From the NCBI GenBank assembly GCA_044229445.1, contig JBGASX010000015.1, positions 3,753-67,752 on the forward strand: 64,000 nucleotides of DNA. The letters are read 5' to 3'. This document shows positions 58,102 through 64,000 of this stretch, one piece after another (position 1 is the stretch's first letter; each line of letters starts with the position of its first letter). The notes under the pieces were generated by a model. That model saw nothing but the letters and a program-made list of their open reading frames with translations, did not search any database and had not been told where the DNA came from. Source of the stretch: Gemmatimonadales bacterium (GTDB taxonomy: Bacteria; Gemmatimonadota; Gemmatimonadetes; Gemmatimonadales; GWC2-71-9). The position numbers and the translations under genes are program-made.

Positions 58102-59100
58102 GTGGATGCGAAGACCGTGCGACCGGAGCCAGCCACGTCCGAGGTGGAGCCGGGAGCGCTGCCCGCCGCGCCCGCCTGGCTCGATCGTGCGCCGGAGGGC
58201 CCCTGGTGTCCCCCGGAGCTCCGGGAGGCGCTTCCGTGGGCCGCTGCGGCGGATTACGCCGATCTCCGCACCGCGTTGCATCCGTGGCGCGCCGGGTGGA
58301 CCCTTGTCGGGGCCAGCCGGCGCGGTCGGCTGCATGCCCACCGCGGCGAATTCCGTGAAGATGCGTTCGGCATCGAGACGGGCGAGCAGTTCTTCCTTCT
58401 CGTGGCCGCGGACGGCGCGGGGTCGTGCCGCCTCAGCCGGATCGGCTCCGAGTGCGCCTGCCGGGCGGTCGTCCGGCGCCTCGGTGCCGTGCTGGCCGAT
58501 GTGGTGCCTCCTGCCATGGATTCTCCCGCTCTGCACCAGTGGCTTGCTGCGCTGCTCGCGCCCGCACTCTCGGCCGCGATCCAGGATGTGGCGGAACTGG
58601 CTCGTGCTTCCGGGATCGACCCCAGGGAGTTCCGTACCACGCTGCTCACCGCAGTCTGGTTCGCGTCCCCCGCCGGGGAGCTGCTCGCGGTTTCCCAGGT
58701 TGGCGATGGCTTCATCGCGGCTCGCCGGAGTGACGGGCGGGTGGAGCGGCTCGGCGCTGGTGACGTGAGCGAGTTCTCGGGAGAGGTCAGCTGCTTCGTA
58801 CCGGATGACGGGGCCTCGACCCGCGCGCAGGCGATCGCCGTGACCGACGGTGCCGATGTCACGGCCATCCTGCTCGGGACCGACGGGGTCGAGGATCCGT
58901 TTTATCCCATCGAGCGCCACGGTGCACTGCTCTACAGCCAGCTCGTCGGTGGCGTCTCCGAGCCCGCGCAACACTTCCAGCGCCAGGAATCCCAGGGGCC
59001 CGTCTTCGCGCCGGATGGGGACCAGCAGCTCGCCCGCTGGCTCGGCTTTGAGCGCCGGGGCGAGAACGACGATCGCACACTCGTGGCGGCCTGGCGGTGA
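58102..59100 (+). CDS. PP2C-family (PP2C_2-type) protein phosphatase
   Basis: ORF 57733..59100 trimmed to GTG 58102, 2 nt after the vWA stop (alternative GTG 58117). Contains RRGRLHAHRGEFREDAF, LLVAADGAGSC, VGDGFIAA and LLGTDGVEDPF. Confidence 0.75.
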   Translation: MDAKTVRPEPATSEVEPGALPAAPAWLDRAPEGPWCPPELREALPWAAAADYADLRTALHPWRAGWTLVGASRRGRLHAHRGEFREDAFGIETGEQFFLLVAADGAGSCRLSRIGSECACRAVVRRLGAVLADVVPPAMDSPALHQWLAALLAPALSAAIQDVAELARASGIDPREFRTTLLTAVWFASPAGELLAVSQVGDGFIAARRSDGRVERLGAGDVSEFSGEVSCFVPDDGASTRAQAIAVTDGADVTAILLGTDGVEDPFYPIERHGALLYSQLVGGVSEPAQHFQRQESQGPVFAPDGDQQLARWLGFERRGENDDRTLVAAWR

Positions 59101-59109
59101 GGTGAGCTC

Positions 59110-60540
59110 ATGCGATATCTCACCGCACGATTGACCGACGGGCAGACCGTGCAGTTCGAGGACCAGCCGATCAACTCCGGCGCGGAGAAGGTCGTGTTCT
59201 TCTCGCGCGATCGACGGCAGGTCGTGGGCTTCTTCTTCGGGCAGATGCGGGATCGGCTGGAACGGGTCGACCGGCTCAACAAGATCCTCACGAAGTACAA
59301 CCCCACGACGGACCGCCATGGCGGGTACTGGGCCCCGTACTTCTGCTGGCCCACCGGCATCATCGACGGCGACCGGGGCATCCCTCCCGAATTCCTCCGC
59401 GCCTACGGCCTGGTGTCACCGGCGCTCGGGGTGATCGCGCCGGTGTACCGTCCCTCGTTCTTCTTCCACGACCGGTTCGGGCACCGGCAGGAGAAGGAGG
59501 TGAAGTGGTTCACGGGGCGGAAGGCAAGCGCGCTGGTCCCGGAGCATGAGCGCGGCAACTTTCTCACCCGGCTGCAGATCTGCACCCGGCTTGCCCGCGC
59601 GGTGCGGCGGATGCATTTCGCCGGCCTGGCGCATGCCGATCTCTCGAACAAGAATGTGCTGATCGACCCGAAGAGCGGCGACGTCTGCGTCATCGACATC
59701 GACTCGCTCGTCGTTCCCGGGGTCGCGCCGCCGACGGTCCTCGGGACGCCAGGCTACATCGCGCCGGAGGTGCTCGGGCGCGGGGCGCAACCGTCGATCG
59801 CCACGGACAAGCATGCGCTCGCCGTCCTCATCTACCAGATCCTGCTCAATCGCCATCCGTTGCAGGGGAAGAAGGTGCACAGCACCCGGTCGGCCGAGGA
59901 GGATGAGCGGCTTTCCATGGGGAGCAAGGCTCTCTTCGTCGAGCATCCGACGGACCGCAGCAATCCCCCGGTGCTGCCGATCCGGGTTCCGATGTCGCGC
60001 CTCGGGCCGCACCTCGAACCACTCTTTCTCAAGACGTTCGTGCATGGGCTCCACACGCCCTCCCGGCGCGCCGATGCCGCGGAGTGGGAGATGGCGCTCT
60101 ATCGCACCCTGAACCTGCTGCACCCGACGCCCTCCGGCCGGGACTGGTTCGTCCTTGGTCCGGAGATGCCGAGGCAGTGCCCGACGACGGGAGAGCGAGT
60201 CCATCACCCGGTGCCGGTCGCGCGGTACTTCCGCGATCTGGATGGGCGGCTCGCCGACGAGCAGCAGTCGCTCGTCATCTTCCACAATCTCGTGCTGCAC
60301 GACTGGCACACCCGTCCCGGCGTCATCCCCGGGGAACATGCCGACCGCACGCCGCGCGGCTACTTCTCGCTCCATCAGGGGCGATGGTGGCTCGTGAACC
60401 TGCAGGAGGAGCCGATCGAGGTCCTCGGCGGCTCGGCCATCGCGCGCAACGCCGCGGTGGAGCTGAGCGCCGGCCTCGACCTGCGGATGCCAGGCACCGA
60501 GCAGCGGCGCGTGCTCCGCATCGGATTCCACCGGCCCTGA
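59110..60540 (+). CDS. atypical Ser/Thr protein kinase (TerY-triad type) with uncharacterised C-terminal domain
   Basis: 476-aa ORF with catalytic-loop-like LAHADLSNKNVLID, DID in place of DFG (VCVIDIDSLVV), GTPGYIAPEVL and DKHALAVLIYQILLNRHPL. The C-terminal 150 aa or so are not recognised. Confidence 0.75.
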   Translation: MRYLTARLTDGQTVQFEDQPINSGAEKVVFFSRDRRQVVGFFFGQMRDRLERVDRLNKILTKYNPTTDRHGGYWAPYFCWPTGIIDGDRGIPPEFLRAYGLVSPALGVIAPVYRPSFFFHDRFGHRQEKEVKWFTGRKASALVPEHERGNFLTRLQICTRLARAVRRMHFAGLAHADLSNKNVLIDPKSGDVCVIDIDSLVVPGVAPPTVLGTPGYIAPEVLGRGAQPSIATDKHALAVLIYQILLNRHPLQGKKVHSTRSAEEDERLSMGSKALFVEHPTDRSNPPVLPIRVPMSRLGPHLEPLFLKTFVHGLHTPSRRADAAEWEMALYRTLNLLHPTPSGRDWFVLGPEMPRQCPTTGERVHHPVPVARYFRDLDGRLADEQQSLVIFHNLVLHDWHTRPGVIPGEHADRTPRGYFSLHQGRWWLVNLQEEPIEVLGGSAIARNAAVELSAGLDLRMPGTEQRRVLRIGFHRP

Positions 60541-60541
60541 C

Positions 60542-61624
60542 ATGGCGACCGATCCCCGGCTCTCCGTCGCGCTCGGGCTCCGCCGGCTGGTCAGCCAGGG
60601 GGAATGGCCGACGGAGCACCTGGTCGCGTTCCAGAACCTGCTGCTCGATGAATGCGGCGGTGACACCCGGCCGCTGGTCATGCTGCTGATGCGAGCGGTG
60701 GAGCAGGGCATTGCGGAGGATATCGCGAGCCTCGAGCCTGCCGCGTGGGAGGAGCGGCGCCCGCAGTTCATCACCCGCATGACGGCGAATGCCTTCGTGC
60801 AGGGGGAAATGGCACGCTGGGCCGTGCATGCGTGGGCTTACGCGTTCGGCCTCATCGCCGCGCCGTGGGTGGCGGACCCTCCGGAACCGGTGCTGCCGCC
60901 GGCGGCGGATCCGGCCCTCGCGTCAGGCACGACGCAGCGCTGGAGTCCGCCATCGTCGAACTGGGCCGGGGGGACCGCCACGCGGTACGCTCCGCAGGCC
61001 CCGCGCCGCCGTTTCGGGCTCTATCTGGCGCCGACGTGGGTGCCGTCGGCCACGCCCCTCAGCCCCCAGGATCGCCGCCGCGACTGGATCGTGTTCGGTA
61101 TCGTCGTCGTAACCCTGGTCGCGCTCGCGGTTCCCGCGATGATCGTGGCGCGTCAGCGCGCGCCGCAGATGGCGATCGACGCGGCCGCGCTCACCGCCCA
61201 GATCCGCGCCAGCCAGCCGAAACCGCCGAAGCCGACCCCGATCAACGGGGAGTACTCCGGCGTCTACCGGGTGGAGCGGACGCTCGAGACGGTGACCGGT
61301 GACCCGTCGTGCATCGACGGCTCCGCTGCCGTCCACTGGCCGGTCCCCACGATCGAAACGATCGCCTACGACTCGACCAGCCGCACCTTTCAGTTCCTCT
61401 CCCGGCCGGAGGTGCGCGGGCGAGTGTCGCCGGAGGGGAACATGGAAGCGGGGCCGGTCTACGGGCGGAAGGACGGTACCGACTATGCCTTCTGGATGGC
61501 GGGACGATTCACCCCGGACGGCTTCGAGGCGCGGGCGCAGACCACCACTCGTACGGTGATCTCGTGGGTGACGGTGGAACGGTGCCGACTCACGGGTCGT
61601 CTCAGCGCGCACCGGGTGAAATAG
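60542..61624 (+). CDS. single-pass membrane protein, paralog 1 (unknown N-domain / TM / beta-rich C-domain)
   Basis: 360-aa ORF that starts 1 nt after the kinase stop. N-domain: LVAFQNLLLDECGGDTRPLVMLLMRAVEQGIAEDI...WAVHAWAYAFGLI. TM helix: WIVFGIVVVTLVALAVPAMIV. Confidence 0.6.
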   Translation: MATDPRLSVALGLRRLVSQGEWPTEHLVAFQNLLLDECGGDTRPLVMLLMRAVEQGIAEDIASLEPAAWEERRPQFITRMTANAFVQGEMARWAVHAWAYAFGLIAAPWVADPPEPVLPPAADPALASGTTQRWSPPSSNWAGGTATRYAPQAPRRRFGLYLAPTWVPSATPLSPQDRRRDWIVFGIVVVTLVALAVPAMIVARQRAPQMAIDAAALTAQIRASQPKPPKPTPINGEYSGVYRVERTLETVTGDPSCIDGSAAVHWPVPTIETIAYDSTSRTFQFLSRPEVRGRVSPEGNMEAGPVYGRKDGTDYAFWMAGRFTPDGFEARAQTTTRTVISWVTVERCRLTGRLSAHRVK

Positions 61625-61628
61625 CGCG

Positions 61629-63131
61629 ATGAGCGTCGCGCTGATGCCGAAGGTGCGCGTCGCGTTGCGCGCGCTGGTCCAGGATCCGGCGTCCTGGCCC
61701 GTCGCCAGTCAGCTGGTGCTGCGGAATCTGCTGCTCGATGCATGCGGTGGTGATGCCCGGCCCCTGATCGCGCTGCTGGTGCGTGCCGCCGAATTCGGCA
61801 TCCCCGACCGGCTGCTGGAGGCGGGCCGTGGCCCCGGCGCGTGGGAGCGAGTTCGAGGCGGTCTCACGGTGACGCTCGTCGCCGATGGCTTTCTGCAGCA
61901 GGAGTGGGCCGTCTGGGCGGTGGAGACCTGGGCCTATGGTCTGGGTGTCATCGAGCAGGAGCAGCTGCAGGTGGGCGTCGAGGTGCCGAGGCCCGCGCCC
62001 GTTCCGGTCGAACCCGGCCGCGTCGCTCCTACAAAGCGGTCGGCGCCACGACCCTCACCCGGCACGGCCGCTTCGTCACCCCCGGCCGCACGCCGAACAT
62101 GGGCGCAGTCCGCGGCGTCCCGGCCGGGCGCCCCGCTTCCGCCGATTCCCCCATTCGCGATCTCCCGACGCGGCAAGGTACTGATGCTGGTAGGGACGCT
62201 GGCGCTCGCGGTGCCGGTGCTCTCCATCGGCCGGATGCTGCGGGAGCGGCGGGCGGCGCCGTCGGATCCCCCACCGGCGGCTGCGGCGGACTCCGCCACA
62301 ACGACTCAACCGGCACTCACGCACAGTGAGGCGGCAAGCGGGACGCTGCCACGAGCGGGTATCCCCTCCCTGACCATGGGGGCACTGCCTGCGCCGAAGT
62401 CGCCCGAAGAGGTCCGGCGCGTGGTGCCACCGACGCGCGCCGGGGTCGGCGTCGATCCGACCAAGTACCCGCCGGCCTATACCACCTACACCGCGGCACC
62501 GCTCGACCGGATCCTGCTGCGCGGTGGACGCGAGCTCACGGGGCGGGTCGAAGTCGTCCGCGCGTCCACCGTCCAGTTCCGCGATGGAGAGTCCGGGTTG
62601 CGCTACGAGTTTCCGAAACCGGACATCGTCGAGATCACGACGGAGTTCGGCACCAAGGTCCGCTTCGAGCCGGATGGCACGCCGAGCAACCAGCGCGGAA
62701 CGGATCGGGGCTTCCTTCCTGGTGCGCTGACCGGGGTCTTCGACGTGCGCTACGGGACACCGACGGTGCAGGGCAGCAGGGAGTGCAAGGGGCTCTGGGC
62801 GAGCGTGCCGGGCGCGGATCGTGTCCGGGTCGAGCACCGGGCAGGTGCCGATACCGTCACGATGACCTTTGTCGGGGGAGGAAAGTTCACGGCCGTGGTG
62901 GACAACGCCGGCCGCTTCGCGACGAGCGTGGTGATCGTGCCGGACCAGGCCTACACCAGCTCGGCCATCACCACGCGACTCGACGGCCGCTTCCGGCCGA
63001 AGGGCTTTGATGCGGTCGTGCACATTCTTGCGTATCGGCGGTCGGCGTCGGGCGGCGAGAACGACGTCGCCTGCCGCTCCGACATTCCCGCCACCGGTGA
63101 ATCGACGCCCTCCGGGGCCGGCACCCGCTAG
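61629..63131 (+). CDS. single-pass membrane protein, paralog 2 (same N-domain / TM / larger beta-rich C-region)
   Basis: 500-aa ORF. N-domain: LVLRNLLLDACGGDARPLIALLVRAAEFGIPDRL...WAVETWAYGLGVI. TM helix: VLMLVGTLALAVPVLSI. The C-terminal GRFRPKGFDAVVHILAYRR parallels GRFTPDGFEARAQTTTRT in paralog 1. Confidence 0.6.
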   Translation: MSVALMPKVRVALRALVQDPASWPVASQLVLRNLLLDACGGDARPLIALLVRAAEFGIPDRLLEAGRGPGAWERVRGGLTVTLVADGFLQQEWAVWAVETWAYGLGVIEQEQLQVGVEVPRPAPVPVEPGRVAPTKRSAPRPSPGTAASSPPAARRTWAQSAASRPGAPLPPIPPFAISRRGKVLMLVGTLALAVPVLSIGRMLRERRAAPSDPPPAAAADSATTTQPALTHSEAASGTLPRAGIPSLTMGALPAPKSPEEVRRVVPPTRAGVGVDPTKYPPAYTTYTAAPLDRILLRGGRELTGRVEVVRASTVQFRDGESGLRYEFPKPDIVEITTEFGTKVRFEPDGTPSNQRGTDRGFLPGALTGVFDVRYGTPTVQGSRECKGLWASVPGADRVRVEHRAGADTVTMTFVGGGKFTAVVDNAGRFATSVVIVPDQAYTSSAITTRLDGRFRPKGFDAVVHILAYRRSASGGENDVACRSDIPATGESTPSGAGTR

Positions 63132-63616
63132 GGAGCCGCCTTCTCCTCCGCGAAGAGCTGCTCGAACGACGCCACCTGGGTCGGGCCGAACGAATTCACG
63201 GCGATGTGCATGCCCGTGGTCGGATCGTCGAGTGTGATCTTGCCATTCTGCCAGCGCGTCAGGGCGAACGGTGTCTCGGGCGCGACCTTGGCAATGCTCC
63301 GCTTGTAGGCGATCCCGCGCAGTGCGCCAAACAGGAAGCCGTTCCCGTCCTGCGTCAGGTGCACGATGTCCCGCCCGGTGTTGACGTCGAGCACCGTGAG
63401 GCTGCCATCCTGCTCGGTCGTGAAGCGGATCGCGCGCTCCACCATCGGGACAGAGACCGCCTCGTTCGAGGCGCCGACCCCATAGACTCGGGCACTCACC
63501 GCGATGGTATAGGCAAGCACCGCAAGGATCGCGGCGCCGATCAGTGGCAGCCTTGGCACCTTGATCGTGGAATCGGGGGAGGTCCCCGGTTCCGGCTCGA
63601 CGAAGATCTCGGTCAC
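63128..63616 (-). CDS. puhC: photosynthetic complex assembly protein PuhC
   Basis: 162-aa ORF with one TM helix (LIGAAILAVLAYTIAV), followed by VERAIRFTTEQDGSLTVLDVNTGRDIV...NGFLFGALRGIAYKRS, which is PuhC-like. Its stop shares CTAG with the convergent paralog-2 stop (63128-63131). Confidence 0.8.
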   Translation of the reverse strand: MTEIFVEPEPGTSPDSTIKVPRLPLIGAAILAVLAYTIAVSARVYGVGASNEAVSVPMVERAIRFTTEQDGSLTVLDVNTGRDIVHLTQDGNGFLFGALRGIAYKRSIAKVAPETPFALTRWQNGKITLDDPTTGMHIAVNSFGPTQVASFEQLFAEEKAAP

Positions 63617-64000
63617 GATGTCGCCGCCTTGTGTGCCGTGGACAGGGAACCATTCACGCGAATCGCCGGTGCCGACGGCGCGGCCGGCGCACTCGTGATC
63701 GGACCCGCCGTGGCGGCCGCCTCCCGGACGATCCGCGCGACTTCGGCGGTGTCGGTCAGCCCCCGCAGCATCGGCTCGGGCCAGCGCAGGTGCCAGGGCC
63801 GCACATGCGGCCAGAGGTGGATGAACCCCAGGCGGTCCGGCGGCTGGATCGCGAAGGAGATCTGCCCCGTGCCGTCCCCGAATTCACGGGCCGACGCCGC
63901 ATTCACCAGGTGGAACGGAATGTTGATCGTGGTCGGCAGGACCACGCCGACTCGCATCACCACCCGGCGATCGGTGATGGCGTAGATCGTGGCCCGTGCC
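63613..64000 (-). CDS. puhB: photosynthetic complex assembly protein PuhB (5' part beyond the right window edge)
   Basis: The reverse-strand frame is open to the window edge: ...ARATIYAITDRRVVMRVGVVLPTTINIPFHLVNAA.... This is the PH-like core typical of PuhB. Its stop overlaps the puhC start by 4 nt. Confidence 0.75.
   Translation of the reverse strand, partial: ARATIYAITDRRVVMRVGVVLPTTINIPFHLVNAASAREFGDGTGQISFAIQPPDRLGFIHLWPHVRPWHLRWPEPMLRGLTDTAEVARIVREAAATAGPITSAPAAPSAPAIRVNGSLSTAHKAATS

Overview
High-GC bacterial chromosomal segment with very tight gene packing; many neighbouring genes share 4-nt ATGA/GTGA start-stop overlaps. It has three parts.

(1) About 1-22.9 kb is housekeeping. It carries selA (partial), valS, thrS, thiolase, bioY, a CPBP protease, hbd, a Leu-type dehydrogenase, rpiB, glyA, nnr, thiL, eno, ftsB, a NirK-type copper nitrite reductase lipoprotein and an elongator tRNA-Met.

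(2) About 22.9-33 kb is an accessory envelope and signalling block. It carries a pyruvyl-transferase-like gene, an HExxH protein, and a globin translationally coupled to a membrane Ser/Thr-kinase-like protein that lacks the DFG-to-APE segment. It also carries a Big_2 lipoprotein with a CxxCH motif, an outer-membrane barrel and a beta-helix/PA14 protein.

(3) About 33-64 kb is a photosynthesis gene cluster (PGC) of an anoxygenic type-II-reaction-centre phototroph:
- minus strand: hemN-bchE-bchJ-idi-small ORF
- plus strand: hemB-hemL-hemY-crtB-methyltransferase-bchI-bchD-puhE-like, then bchCXYZ
- bchO, inverted
- pufB, a second alpha-like gene, pufA-pufL-pufM-pufC
- puhC-puhB, minus strand, running off the right edge

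TGT-N12-ACA (PpsR/CrtJ-type) palindromes sit in three PGC promoter regions.

The two most unusual observations are:
(a) pufM continues in frame into a complete OmpA-like peptidoglycan-binding domain.
(b) A five-gene cassette is wedged between pufC and puhC: a TerY-type vWA protein, a PP2C phosphatase, an atypical Ser/Thr kinase and two tandem paralogous single-pass membrane proteins.

The one-beta/two-alpha antenna gene set and the overall context suggest a Gemmatimonas-like phototroph. That taxonomic guess is inference only.

All calls rest on reading the supplied translations and the sequence by eye; no searches were run.
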